This document shows positions 45,833-55,777 of a DNA stretch of 64,000 bases, piece after piece; within the stretch, counting starts at the first letter, position 1, and every line of letters starts with the position of its first letter. Source of the DNA: Sphingomonas adhaesiva. Lineage in GTDB: Bacteria > Pseudomonadota > Alphaproteobacteria > Sphingomonadales > Sphingomonadaceae. Location: contig NZ_JAQIJT010000001.1 of assembly GCF_036946125.1 (NCBI RefSeq), forward strand, positions 151,284 to 215,283, given 5' to 3'. Below the pieces are notes generated by a model that saw only the letters and a list, made by a program, of their open reading frames with translations, had not been told where the DNA came from and did no database searches. Position numbers and translations under genes: made by a program.

Positions 45833-46011
45833 CCCCGGCGTAGGCGGGGCCTTTGCAGAACAGTGCAACAGCACCGAGCCCACGCCGTGCTCCTGCGCAG
45901 GCAGGAGCCCAGGGCCAGGCAGAACAACGCCCGATGGGACCTGCAACTCCGGGCTCCTGCCTGCGCAGGAGCACGGTGTAGCCTTTTGCAAAGGTCCCGC
46001 GTAGGCCGGGG
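45833..46011. repeat. ~180-bp nested-palindrome element, family 1, copy C (central loop inverted relative to copy B)
   Basis: Outer IRs and the inner 26-bp perfect IR (45885-45976) are as in copies A and B. The loop sequence is the reverse complement of the copy-B loop. Confidence 0.85.
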
Positions 46012-46095
46012 TCCAGTTGGGCAGCGCTGGTGATCGAGCGCTCGCTTCCTCACCGAAGCCTTCCCAACTGGGCCCCGGCCTTCGCCGGGGAAGTG
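46011..46095. repeat. family D palindromic element fused to the right end of copy C
   Basis: ggggtccagttgg ... cccaactgggccccggccttcgccgggga. The left arm is shared with the terminal IR of copy C. Confidence 0.7.
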
Positions 46096-46117
46096 CTTCA
46101 GCCTGAATGGATCACGC

Positions 46118-47512
46118 CTAGTTCGCCGTCGCGATCGCCAGCAGCGCGCGGTCGATCGCGGCGGTGGCGGAGGCGTCGTCGGCCATGTCGTTGGCCAGCG
46201 CGGAGAAGGTCAGCGTGCGCCCCGACGCCGCGATCAGATAGCCCGACAGCGCGTTCGCGGCGTTGAGCGTGCCGGTCTTGGCGAACAATTTCCCGTCGAG
46301 CGGCGTGCCCGCGAAGCGTCTGGCCAGCGTGCCGTCGACCCCGCCGACCGGCAACGTCTCTCGCCACGCCGCGCCCCACGGCTGGGTCGCCGCCCAGCGC
46401 AGCAGCGCGACCGCGCTGCGCGGCGAGATGCGGTTGTAGCTCGACATCCCCGACCCGTCCGAGAAGTCGTAACCCGCACGCGCCACACCGGCCTTGTCGA
46501 GCAGCGCCGCCACCACCGCCTGTCCGTCCGCGACCGAACCGCTGCCCGTCACGCGCCCGACACGGCGCAGCAGCAGGTCGGCGTGCAGGTTCTGGCTGAC
46601 CTTGTTGGTGAGGCGCACATCCTCGGCCAGCGGCCCCGGGGTGAGGCGCGCGAGCGGAACCGGCTCCGGCGCGCGCGCAACCGGCGCTTGCCCGCGCGTC
46701 GCCGGATCGTCGGCCGGTGTGACCGCGCGGTGGCGCACCCGCGCCGTACCCGTCACCCGCACCCCGGCGGCGCGCAGCAACCGCACGAAGCGCCACGCCG
46801 CACGGTGCGCGGGATCGTCCACGCCCACCGTCAGCGTCACCGGCGCATGGCCCGCGGGGATCGTGCCCGTCACCGTCATCCGGTCGCTGCCCGGCAGCCG
46901 CGCATAGCCCAGCGACGGTTCGCCCCCGGTCGTCACGTCGACGCGGCCGTCGATGCGGTAATAGCCGTCCCCGCTCACCTTCCCCGCGCCATCGACGGTC
47001 AGCGTCGTGACATTGTCGTCGAGCGTCAGCGCGGAAATCGCGGTGCCGTAGCGGCCGGGGATGTTGTTCCAGCTCATCCCCGCGGGCCAGCGCTCGTCGG
47101 GAAAGGCGGTGTCGTCGCCGATGACGTCGCGCACCGTGCGCGTCCTCGCCACGACCGCGCGCGCCAGCTCGGCGAGGCAGTCGGCGGTGCAGTCCGCCGC
47201 GCTCGACAGCCGCGCATCGCCGTGTCCGGCCAGCACGACGTCGCGCCCCTCCAGCCGCACCGTGGCACCGCCCGCCACGTCCGGTGCGGCGGTGTCGAGC
47301 GTGGCGAAGGCGGCGGCGGTGGTGAACAGCTTGGTATTCGATGCCGGGACGAACCGCTCGTCCGCGCGCACCGCGGCCAGTTCGCGACCGTCCGCATCGA
47401 CCACCAGCAGCCCGATGCGCGTGCCCGGCGGCGCACTCGCCAGCGCCTGTTCGACCGTCTCCGCCGCGGCGGGGGTGGCAAGCAGCAGCAGCGGCAGCAG
47501 GATGTGGCGCAT
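46118..47512 (-). CDS. dacB: D-alanyl-D-alanine carboxypeptidase/endopeptidase (PBP4, S13 family)
   Basis: Start is MRHILLPLLLLATPAAA (ATG 47512), a TGATG overlap with the LysR stop. FVPASNTKLFT (SxxK), SQN-type motif NKVSQNLHAD and KTGT motif FAKTGTL. Confidence 0.85.
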   Translation of the reverse strand: MRHILLPLLLLATPAAAETVEQALASAPPGTRIGLLVVDADGRELAAVRADERFVPASNTKLFTTAAAFATLDTAAPDVAGGATVRLEGRDVVLAGHGDARLSSAADCTADCLAELARAVVARTRTVRDVIGDDTAFPDERWPAGMSWNNIPGRYGTAISALTLDDNVTTLTVDGAGKVSGDGYYRIDGRVDVTTGGEPSLGYARLPGSDRMTVTGTIPAGHAPVTLTVGVDDPAHRAAWRFVRLLRAAGVRVTGTARVRHRAVTPADDPATRGQAPVARAPEPVPLARLTPGPLAEDVRLTNKVSQNLHADLLLRRVGRVTGSGSVADGQAVVAALLDKAGVARAGYDFSDGSGMSSYNRISPRSAVALLRWAATQPWGAAWRETLPVGGVDGTLARRFAGTPLDGKLFAKTGTLNAANALSGYLIAASGRTLTFSALANDMADDASATAAIDRALLAIATAN

Positions 47513-48417
47513 CAGCGTCCCTCGATGACGTCGCCGACCACCGCCAGGAACTCCGCGGCGAGCGCGCTGGGGGGTCGGTCGAGCAGGTGGATGGCGTGGA
47601 CGTCGAACGTCAGCGGCGGCTTGAGCGAGCGCATCGCCAGCTCCTCCGCGCCGCTGCCCGCCAGCGTCGCATCGGCGGTGAAATTGTCGACCACGGTCAC
47701 GCCGACGCCCGCGCGCACCAGCGCGGCGGCGATGTAGAAGGTGCGGGCGGAGGCGACCTCGTCCAGCTCCAGCCCCAGCCGCTCCAGCTCGTCGGTGAAC
47801 AGCCGCCCGATCGGTCCCGACGCGGCCAGCGTGATGAACGGATGCCCCGCCAGTCGCGCCAGCTCGGTTCGCGGCGGCAGGTCGGGCAGGTCCGCCTCGC
47901 GGTGGAGCACGACCAGCTCGCCCTCGCCGAGCCACGTCTGCCCCAGCGGCGCGCCGCGCGGCACCTCGTTGGCGATCGCGATGTCCGCCTCGCGCTCGTA
48001 CAGCTTGCGCAGCAGGTCGTCGTGATGGACGGTCTGCAGGTCGAAGCGGACCTCCGGGCGCTTCTTCAGGAACCGCGCCACCGCCTGCGGGATCACCCCC
48101 AACCCCAGACTTGGCAGCGCGGAGATGCGCAGCGTCGCGCCCGCGCCCGCACGCAGGTTGCGCCCCGCCTCGCGCAGCGCGCGCACCCGGTCCTGGATCT
48201 CCGCGACGCCGGAAAACAGCGCATGCGCATCCTCGGTCGGGACCAGCCGCCCGCCGGTGCGCTGGAACAGTTCGAACCCCAGCAGCGTCTCGGCATGGCG
48301 CAGCGTCTTCGACACCGACGGCTGCGACACGTTGAGCGCGCGCGCCGCCGCGCTGACCGATCCGTTGACATAGACGGCGTGGAAAATCTCGATGTGGCGC
48401 AGGTTCATGGGGCTCAC
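47512..48417 (-). CDS. LysR family transcriptional regulator
   Basis: MNLRHIEIFHAVYVNGSVSAAARALNVSQPSVSKTL wHTH domain plus a substrate-binding domain. Confidence 0.9.
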   Translation of the reverse strand: MSPMNLRHIEIFHAVYVNGSVSAAARALNVSQPSVSKTLRHAETLLGFELFQRTGGRLVPTEDAHALFSGVAEIQDRVRALREAGRNLRAGAGATLRISALPSLGLGVIPQAVARFLKKRPEVRFDLQTVHHDDLLRKLYEREADIAIANEVPRGAPLGQTWLGEGELVVLHREADLPDLPPRTELARLAGHPFITLAASGPIGRLFTDELERLGLELDEVASARTFYIAAALVRAGVGVTVVDNFTADATLAGSGAEELAMRSLKPPLTFDVHAIHLLDRPPSALAAEFLAVVGDVIEGR

Positions 48418-48433
48418 CGTAGCGCTGCGTCGG

Positions 48434-49675
48434 CTATTCGGCCACTCGCCCGCGGAAGCGCGCCTCGTCCAGCGCGCCCTCGCCGCGCGCGACCAGCGTC
48501 GCGACGGTGAGGTTGGCGGAGGCGGACGGCACGGTGCGGGTCATGTCGAGCAGGCGGTCGAACGGCAGGACCAGCCCGACGACCAGCGCGGTCTGCTCCG
48601 CTCCCACTCCCACCGCCGACAGCATCGCGGCCAGCATGAAGAGCGACGCGGAGGGAACCGGCGCGGTGCCGAACGCGGCCAGCGCGCCGGTCATCAGCAT
48701 CACCGCCAGCATCCACGCGTCGGGTACGATCCCCATCGCCTGAAGCGCGAACTGCCCGAGCAGCCCCACGTACATCGCGGTGCCGTCCTTCCCGATCGAG
48801 GCGCCCAGCGGCAGCACGGTGGACGCGACCGGGCGCGCGATGCCGAGATTGTCCTGCGCCACCCGCAACGCCACCGGCAGCGTCGCGGACGAGGAAGCGG
48901 TCGAGAAGGCGACGATCAGCGCATCGACGATGCCGCGAAAGAAGCGCGCCACCGGCAGCCGCGCCACCAGCCGCAGCAGCCCGGCATGGACCAGCAGCAT
49001 CTGCACCAGCGACGCCGCGACGACGCACAGCGCGAGCCAGCCGACGTTGACGAAGACCGCCGCGCCCCCGCTCGCCACCGCATGGGCGATGAGCGCGGCG
49101 ACGCCGAACGGCGTGACTTCCATCACGATGCGCACGATCTGGAGCAGCACCGCGGCGAGGCCCTGGAGCAGGTTGACGACCGGCCTGCCCGCCTCGCCCG
49201 CGACCACGCTGCCGATGCCGAGCAGGATCGCGGTGAAGATGATCGCCAGCATGTCGCCGCGCGCCAGCGCGTCGACGATGTTGGCCGGGACGATGTTCAG
49301 CAATTGCTCGGACGGGGGGACCGGCGCGCCGAGCACGTGCGGCGCCACTCCGCTCAGCCGGATGCCCGCGCCGGGCCGCACCAGCAGCCCCGCCGCCATC
49401 CCGATCGCGACCGAGACCAGCGTCGTCAGCGCGAACAGCCCGACGGTGCGCCCGCCGATCGGCCCCAGCCGCCGCGGATCGCCCAGTGCCGCGATCCCCG
49501 CCGCGATGGTGACGAGGACGACGGGCACGACCAGCATCTTGATGAGCCGGACGAACAGATCGCCGACGATCCGGATCGCGGCCGCCCCCTCCGGCCACAG
49601 CGCGCCGATCAGGATGCCGACGATCAGCCCCCCGACGACGCGCCGCCACAGCGGGATCGCGAACCAGCGGTTCAT
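48434..49675 (-). CDS. dicarboxylate/amino acid:cation symporter (DAACS family, GltP/DctA-like)
   Basis: 413 aa. LIKMLVVPVVLVTIAAGIA, and the SSSATLP and GASIGKDGTA hairpin motifs. Confidence 0.85.
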   Translation of the reverse strand: MNRWFAIPLWRRVVGGLIVGILIGALWPEGAAAIRIVGDLFVRLIKMLVVPVVLVTIAAGIAALGDPRRLGPIGGRTVGLFALTTLVSVAIGMAAGLLVRPGAGIRLSGVAPHVLGAPVPPSEQLLNIVPANIVDALARGDMLAIIFTAILLGIGSVVAGEAGRPVVNLLQGLAAVLLQIVRIVMEVTPFGVAALIAHAVASGGAAVFVNVGWLALCVVAASLVQMLLVHAGLLRLVARLPVARFFRGIVDALIVAFSTASSSATLPVALRVAQDNLGIARPVASTVLPLGASIGKDGTAMYVGLLGQFALQAMGIVPDAWMLAVMLMTGALAAFGTAPVPSASLFMLAAMLSAVGVGAEQTALVVGLVLPFDRLLDMTRTVPSASANLTVATLVARGEGALDEARFRGRVAE

Positions 49676-49688
49676 GGTCGGGCGATTT

Positions 49689-49736
49689 CGTCATGCCGGG
49701 CGTGTCCCTGGACCCCGGAACGGGTCCGGGGTGACG
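49689..49736. repeat. REP-like palindrome, family E
   Basis: cgtcatgccgggcgtgtccctggaccccggaacgggtccggggtgacg. Confidence 0.7.
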
Positions 49737-49754
49737 AAGGAGCCGGGGCAGCCG

Positions 49755-50744
49755 TCACGCCGCCCCCCAGAAACCGCGCGCCGGCGGGTGCAGGATGCCG
49801 CCGCGATTCCGCACGCCGCCGTCGCGGTCCTGCGCCAGCCACAGCGGTCCGTCGAGGTCGACGAACGCCGCCCGCCCTGCCAGCAGCAGCGCCGGCGCGA
49901 TGCCGAGCGACGAACAGACCATGCACCCCACCATCAGCCCGAACCCCTTCGCGACCGCATCGTCGGCCAGCGCCAGGGCTTCGGTGAGCCCGCCGGTCTT
50001 GTCCAGCTTGACGTTCACATGGCTGTAGCGCCCGCGCAGCGCCGCCAGATCGGCACGCGTGTGGAGCGATTCGTCGGCACAGATCGCGATCCCCGCCGAT
50101 ACCTGCGCCAGCGCGCCGTCTTCGCCCGCCGGGAGCGGCTGTTCGAGCAGGTCGACGCGCTGTTCGCGCAGGAACGCGGCGAGCCCGTCGACCTCGGCGA
50201 TGGTCCAGCTTTCGTTCGGGTCGACGATCAGCCGCGGCGCGGGGGCGGCGGCGCGGACGGCGGCGATCTGCGCCGCGGCATCCTCGCGGTTGACCTTTAC
50301 CTTGAGCAGCGGGACGGTCGCGTGCCGCGCGGCGACCGCAGCCATCGCGTCGGGCGCGTCGATCGCGATCGTGATGGCGGAGGCGACCGGCGCGGCGGCG
50401 GCGACCCCGGCCAGCGCGGCGACCTCGCGGCCCGCCACGCGCGCCTCCACGTCCCACAGCGCATTGTCGACCGCGTTGCGCGCCGCGCCTGCGGGCATCA
50501 CGGTCGCGATGTCGGCGCGCGATGCGCCCGCCTCGACCAGCGCGGCGATCGCGGCGATCTGCGCCAGTGCGTCGGGGATCGTCTCGCCATAGCGCGGATA
50601 CGGCACGCCCTCGCCGCGCCCGACGTGCGCGCCGTCGCGGATATTCACCGTCACCACATCCGCCGCGGTCTTCACCCCGCGCGCGATGCGGAACGGCGCG
50701 TTCAGCGCGAAGCGGTCATGGGATGCGGAGAGGGTGCGCAGCAC
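49755..50744 (-). CDS. enolase-superfamily epimerase annotated-type 'dipeptide epimerase' (DgcA-like N-acetyl-D-Glu racemase candidate)
   Basis: The GTG 50744 start gives VLRTLSASHDRFALNAPFRIARGVK... KVKV, DPNESW and ADES metal/base motifs. The start overlaps the upstream gene by 43 nt. Confidence 0.75.
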   Translation of the reverse strand: MLRTLSASHDRFALNAPFRIARGVKTAADVVTVNIRDGAHVGRGEGVPYPRYGETIPDALAQIAAIAALVEAGASRADIATVMPAGAARNAVDNALWDVEARVAGREVAALAGVAAAAPVASAITIAIDAPDAMAAVAARHATVPLLKVKVNREDAAAQIAAVRAAAPAPRLIVDPNESWTIAEVDGLAAFLREQRVDLLEQPLPAGEDGALAQVSAGIAICADESLHTRADLAALRGRYSHVNVKLDKTGGLTEALALADDAVAKGFGLMVGCMVCSSLGIAPALLLAGRAAFVDLDGPLWLAQDRDGGVRNRGGILHPPARGFWGAA

Positions 50745-51739
50745 GTCAGGGTCCAATCGACGATGGCGTCCGCACCGAAGCGGTACGGATCGGTGCAGGG
50801 CAGGCCGAGCGCGTCGGCCGTCTCGGCGCACAGGCGGCGCGCAGCGGCCTCGTCCAGCTTCACGGTGTTGAGCGCGACGCCGACCGCCTGCACGTCCGGA
50901 CTGGTCAGCCGCGCGACCGAAAGGTTGGCGGCGAGGCATTCCGCCAGCCCCGGCAGCGCATAATGCGGCAGCCCGCGCATATGGCCGCGCGACGGATCGT
51001 GGCACAGCACGATCGCGCGCGGCTGCGCCCCGTGGAGCAGCCCGGTCGACACGCCCGCGAAGCTGGGGTGGAACAGCGATCCCTGCCCCTCGATCAGGTC
51101 CCAGCCGTCGTCGTCGCGCGCCGGCGTCAGCACCTCGATCGCGCCCGAGATGAAGTCCGCCACCACCGCGTCGAGCGGCACGCCGTCGCCGGCGATCAGG
51201 ATGCCGGTCTGCCCCGTCGCGCGAAAGTCCGCCGCGAGCCCGCGCGCGCGGAACGCATCGCGCAGGGTCAGCGTCGCGTACATCTTGCCCACGGAGCAAT
51301 CGGTGCCGACCGTCAGCAGGCGGTTGCCCGCACGCGCGCGGCCGTTGCCGACGGGCAGGTGCGCGGGCGGATCGCGCACGTCGAACAGCGACACCCCCGC
51401 CTGCGCGGCGGCGGCGACCAGCCGCGGTTCGTCGCGCAGCCGCTGGTGGAGCCCCGACGCGACGTTCATGCCGCTCGCGATCGCGGTCAGCGCGTCCGCG
51501 ATCAGGTCCGCGCCCAGCGTGCCGCCGGCATTGGCGATCCCCAGCACCAGCGTGCGCGCGCCGGCGGCGCGACCGGCGGCGGCATCCATCCGCGGCAGGT
51601 CGAGCGTCAGCGGGCAATCGTCATGCCGCCACTCCCCGACGCAATCGTCCCGGCGGAAGGCGGCGAGCCCGCGCGAGGTCTTGATGCCGATCTCGTCATC
51701 GGAATGGCCGAGGTAGAGGAGGTAGGGGCCGGGGATCAT
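50702..51739 (-). CDS. DUF1611 domain protein (DgcN-like D-glutamate N-acetyltransferase candidate)
   Basis: Start is MIPGPYLLYLGHS (ATG 51739). GTDCSVGKMYATL and IEGQGSLFHPSFAGVSTGLLHGAQP are DUF1611 hallmarks. Confidence 0.75.
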   Translation of the reverse strand: MIPGPYLLYLGHSDDEIGIKTSRGLAAFRRDDCVGEWRHDDCPLTLDLPRMDAAAGRAAGARTLVLGIANAGGTLGADLIADALTAIASGMNVASGLHQRLRDEPRLVAAAAQAGVSLFDVRDPPAHLPVGNGRARAGNRLLTVGTDCSVGKMYATLTLRDAFRARGLAADFRATGQTGILIAGDGVPLDAVVADFISGAIEVLTPARDDDGWDLIEGQGSLFHPSFAGVSTGLLHGAQPRAIVLCHDPSRGHMRGLPHYALPGLAECLAANLSVARLTSPDVQAVGVALNTVKLDEAAARRLCAETADALGLPCTDPYRFGADAIVDWTLTCCAPSPHPMTASR

Positions 51740-51848
51740 CGCGCACCTGTGTCGGAAGGATGACACGGAGCGTAGGGGCGGGCCGTGTCGACGCGCCAAT
51801 CATGGTGACGGCGGTGGGTATAAAGCGGGATTATGGGCGCGCGGCGCG

Positions 51849-53435
51849 TCACGAACACCCCTTTGGCGTCGCGCGCAACAGCACCCGCCCCGGCATCGCT
51901 CCGGTCGCCGCGCCGTCACGCAGCGCCAGCTTTCCGTTGACGAACAGCGCGCTGACACCGGCGCTGGCGACGCGCGGGTGGACATAGTCCGCGCGCGGCG
52001 CGTAACGCGCGGGATCGAACACCACGACATCCGCGAAATAGCCCGGCCGCAGATACCCGCGCCGCGCGATGCGATAGATGTCCGCGGTCGCGCCGGTCGA
52101 GCGGCGGATGAAATCGGCGAGCGTGATGACCTTCCGCTCCACCACATAGGTCCGGTATTTCTTCGGGAAGGTCGCCCATTGCCGCGGATGGCCGTCCGAC
52201 CCGTCGGAGCTGGTGACCACCCACGGCTGCTGCATGAGGAGGTCGACGTCGCGGTCCGCCATGTTGAAGCTGGCGATCGCGCTCCCTGCGGGGTCCGTCC
52301 GGTCCCTGTTCGGCACGCGCAGGATGCGGATCGCGGCATCGACCGGCGACAGTTTCCACAGCGTCGCCATCTGCCCCAGCGTGCGCCCGGTCCACGGCTG
52401 CCCCTGCGCGGTCAGCAGGATCGATTCCCTGCCCCCGCGGCGGCGCAGGTTCTCCGCCATCTCCGCCTTGATCTTTGCCAGCGTCGCGGGGTCGTCGAAC
52501 CGCGCGATCATCCTCGCATAGCCGCCGTCGACCGCCCAGCCCGGCACCAGCGCGGCGTCCACGCTGCTGCCCGAGGCGAGCCAGGGATATTGGTCCGCGG
52601 TCACCTCCTGCCCCGCGCGGCGCGCCGCCTCGATCGTGGCGATCAGCGTCGGGGCCATGCCCTGCACGTCGACGCCCAGCGCCTTCAGGTGCGCGATATG
52701 CACCGGCATCCCAGCCTCGCGCCCGATCCGGATCGCCTCCTTCGTGGAGGCGATCAGGCCGATCGTATAATTGGATTCGTCGCGCTGGTGGCTGTCGTAC
52801 ATGCCGCCGCGCGACGCCGCCTCGCGGGCGACCGCGATCACCTCCTCGGTCTTCGCATAGCTTTGCGGGGCGTAGAACAGCCCCGTCGAGAAGCCGGTCG
52901 CCCCCTGGCACATCGCGCCCGCGACCAGCGCCTTTTCCCGCGCCAGTTCGGCCGGCGTCGGCGCACGGTCGTCGCGTCCCAGCACGCGCGTGCGCACCGC
53001 GCCGAAGCCGACGAAGGGCACGATGTTGGTGCCCACGCCGCCGGCGGTCAGCTTGCGTGCGTCCGCCGCCACGTCGGGCGTGCCGTATCCGTCGACCCCG
53101 GTGACGATCGTCGCCACCCCCTGCGCCAGCCAGGGCAGGTTGACGTGCTGCCGTACATCGGCGGCGCGGATATAGGTATCGGGGTGGGTGTGCGCGTCGA
53201 TGAAGCCCGGCGCGACGATGCGGTGGCGCGCGTCCACGACCTGTTTCGCGCGCGTATCGCGGGTCGGGCCGACATAGACGATGCGGTCGCCGACGATCTC
53301 CACGTCGCCGGTGACGGGGGCGGTGGAGGCCCCGGTGTAGATGGTGCCGCCGCGGATCACGATATCGACGGTGGTGCCCGCCTGCGCGACCGCGGGGCCG
53401 GCGAGCAGCGCGGCGAGAGCGAACATCGGCTTCAT
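51849..53435 (-). CDS. secreted N-acyl-D-amino-acid deacylase (D-aminoacylase) family amidohydrolase
   Basis: Start is MKPMFALAALLAGPAVAQA (ATG 53435), an ATGA overlap with the acylase stop. GFIDAHTH metal motif and a long D-aminoacylase-type insertion. The 1256-aa track ORF is a shadow extension. Confidence 0.8.
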   Translation of the reverse strand: MKPMFALAALLAGPAVAQAGTTVDIVIRGGTIYTGASTAPVTGDVEIVGDRIVYVGPTRDTRAKQVVDARHRIVAPGFIDAHTHPDTYIRAADVRQHVNLPWLAQGVATIVTGVDGYGTPDVAADARKLTAGGVGTNIVPFVGFGAVRTRVLGRDDRAPTPAELAREKALVAGAMCQGATGFSTGLFYAPQSYAKTEEVIAVAREAASRGGMYDSHQRDESNYTIGLIASTKEAIRIGREAGMPVHIAHLKALGVDVQGMAPTLIATIEAARRAGQEVTADQYPWLASGSSVDAALVPGWAVDGGYARMIARFDDPATLAKIKAEMAENLRRRGGRESILLTAQGQPWTGRTLGQMATLWKLSPVDAAIRILRVPNRDRTDPAGSAIASFNMADRDVDLLMQQPWVVTSSDGSDGHPRQWATFPKKYRTYVVERKVITLADFIRRSTGATADIYRIARRGYLRPGYFADVVVFDPARYAPRADYVHPRVASAGVSALFVNGKLALRDGAATGAMPGRVLLRATPKGCS

Positions 53436-55777
53436 GCGCGGGTCCCGGGCGACAGGGTGGTGACGGTGCGGACATGCGCGTCGACCGCGGCGCGCGTGTA
53501 CAGCATCGGGTGCATTTGGCCCGCGATCCACGGATCGTACTGATCGCGGTAGTGCGGGCTCTTCGGATCGGCGGACTGGCCGGGCAGGTTGAGCATGAGC
53601 GACTGGTCCCACGCCCCGACGTCGATCACCTGAAGGTAGCTCGCCCCGCCCCCGGTGCGCCAGCCCGGACCATTGCCCAGCCAGCGCGCCATCACCGTAT
53701 AGCCGTCCCCGCCCGATCCCTTGCCGTCGATCGGCGGGAAGGCGGCGGCGATCGCGGGGATGCGCGACAGCGGATGCGCGATGCGCACCTGATGCAGCGC
53801 GTCCCACCGCCACGCCGCAGGATCGGGGCCAAGGAGGGCGCCCGCCCGGTCCCACCCGGCGGCCAGCGACGCGGCGACCAGCGCGGGGCGCTTGCGCGCC
53901 TCCGCCACCAGGACGCCGGGCGCGATCTCTGTCACCAGATCCTGCGCGCGCGGCGGGATCAGCACGCCCAGCATCCGCCGCGACAGGTCGCGCCAGACGA
54001 TCTCGAACAACGCCGCCGCCGCGCTGGCGCCGTCCAGCCGCGCGTTCCAGCCGCGCAGCATGTCCGCCGCGGGGGACGCGCCGGCAGGCAGCAACGCCAC
54101 GAACGCCTGCGCGGGCAGCGACAGCGTATCGTGCTGGAGCGCGACGCTGTCGGCCAACGTGTGCCGGGGCTGGGCGGACAGCACCGCGGCGATCCGGTCG
54201 TAGCGATAGGGATCGCGGAACGAATAGGCCGGGACGCGGTCCGCGGGCCAATCGGCGGGCAGATTGTTCTGATTGGCCGATGCGAACCACCCTTTGGCCG
54301 GATTGTATTCGCTCGGCAGGCGGCGGAAGTCGGTGTAGCCGGTCCAGTCGTAGCGCCCGTCGCCCGGCACCGGCAGCAGCCCGTCGCCCCTCTTTCGCGT
54401 CGGCTGGAAACCGATCACCTGCCACCCGGTGTTGCCCGCGACGTCGGCATAATGGAAATTGGTCGGCGACGGATGCAGCACGAACGCCTGCTTCAGCGAG
54501 GCCCAGTCGCCGGCCAGGTTGATCGCGATCATCGCGAACGCGCCGCTGCCGCCCGGCTGCATCCCGATCGTCGCCAGCACCGTGGCGCGGCGGCGCGCGG
54601 GGTCGTGGCTGACCACCGGCCCCTGCACCGCATGGCGCAGCGTCGCGGCGGCGGGGGCGGCATCCTTGACCGGGATCGCCACGTCGATGCGGTCGAACCG
54701 CTTCCACCCGCCGCCGTGGCGGTAGCGTTCGGGGTCGTCGGGGTGCAGCTCCAGCACGAACAGGTCGGACTGGTCGATGTGGAAATTGGTGCGTCCGAAC
54801 GCGAAGCGATCGGTGTGCCCCTGCATGATCCCCGGCAGCCCGGGCGCGCCGCCGCCGATCACGTCCAGCCCCGGCGCGGTCAGATGGGCGACGTGGCGCG
54901 GTGCGAAGCCGCCGATCCCCAGATGCGGATCGTTGGCCAGGATCGCACGGCCCGTCGCGGAGCGCTGCGGCGCGATCGTCCAGGCGTTGCTGCCCGCATT
55001 GGCGCGCTCCAGCGGGGTGTCCGGCTCCCCCGGCTCGCGGGTCGGCGTCTGCGGCCCGAACGGCAGCGCCCCCAGCCGCAGCACGCCCAGATCCGCTTCG
55101 CTCACCGCGGTCACGTCCAGCCCGTCGGGCACGGTCATGCGGTGCGCCGGGCGGAGCGGCGCGACGATCGCATCCAGCTCCAGCAGCCCCAGCGCGGCGA
55201 GCTGCGCGCGGCGCACCTCGTCGTCGGCATTTCCCTCCGCCCCGCCGCGCGCCAGCACGAAATCGCGCACGTCCCACGTCAGCGGGCGCACGTTCAGGAT
55301 CGCATATTCGGCCGGCAGCAGCGACGGATCGGCGGTCACCTCCGCGACGCGGGCGTTGATCCCGGCGCAATAGGCGCGCGCGCAGGCCAGTACGTCGGCG
55401 GGCACCCGCGCCAGTTCCGCCGCCGGGTCGCCGCGATAATGGAACAGGCGCGCCGCGGCGTCGTGCCGCGCGAAGTCCGCCCCGAACGCCTCCGCCATCC
55501 GCCCCAGGTCGCGGCGGTGCGACAGGTCGATCTGGAACAGCCGGTCGCGCGCGACGACATAGCCCTGCCCGAAGAAGGCATCCGGGATCGTCGCGGCGCG
55601 GATGTGCGGCACGCCCCATTCGTCATCCGCGATCTCGATCGGCGCGGACGCTTCCGCCACGACGACGGTGCGCGACGGCGTCGCGACGCCGGCGGGACGC
55701 TGCGGCTTCGCCCGGCACGCCGGGGCCAGCGCCACGACCGCGGCGGAGCCGAGCAGGAAGGAGCGACGGTCGAACAT
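53432..55777 (-). CDS. penicillin/cephalosporin/AHL acylase family Ntn-hydrolase, Tat-exported
   Basis: Start is MFDRRSFLLGSAAVVALA (ATG 55777). WGVPHI, and the autoproteolytic site ..NAGSNAWTIAP.. (Ser nucleophile). Confidence 0.85.
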   Translation of the reverse strand: MFDRRSFLLGSAAVVALAPACRAKPQRPAGVATPSRTVVVAEASAPIEIADDEWGVPHIRAATIPDAFFGQGYVVARDRLFQIDLSHRRDLGRMAEAFGADFARHDAAARLFHYRGDPAAELARVPADVLACARAYCAGINARVAEVTADPSLLPAEYAILNVRPLTWDVRDFVLARGGAEGNADDEVRRAQLAALGLLELDAIVAPLRPAHRMTVPDGLDVTAVSEADLGVLRLGALPFGPQTPTREPGEPDTPLERANAGSNAWTIAPQRSATGRAILANDPHLGIGGFAPRHVAHLTAPGLDVIGGGAPGLPGIMQGHTDRFAFGRTNFHIDQSDLFVLELHPDDPERYRHGGGWKRFDRIDVAIPVKDAAPAAATLRHAVQGPVVSHDPARRRATVLATIGMQPGGSGAFAMIAINLAGDWASLKQAFVLHPSPTNFHYADVAGNTGWQVIGFQPTRKRGDGLLPVPGDGRYDWTGYTDFRRLPSEYNPAKGWFASANQNNLPADWPADRVPAYSFRDPYRYDRIAAVLSAQPRHTLADSVALQHDTLSLPAQAFVALLPAGASPAADMLRGWNARLDGASAAAALFEIVWRDLSRRMLGVLIPPRAQDLVTEIAPGVLVAEARKRPALVAASLAAGWDRAGALLGPDPAAWRWDALHQVRIAHPLSRIPAIAAAFPPIDGKGSGGDGYTVMARWLGNGPGWRTGGGASYLQVIDVGAWDQSLMLNLPGQSADPKSPHYRDQYDPWIAGQMHPMLYTRAAVDAHVRTVTTLSPGTRA

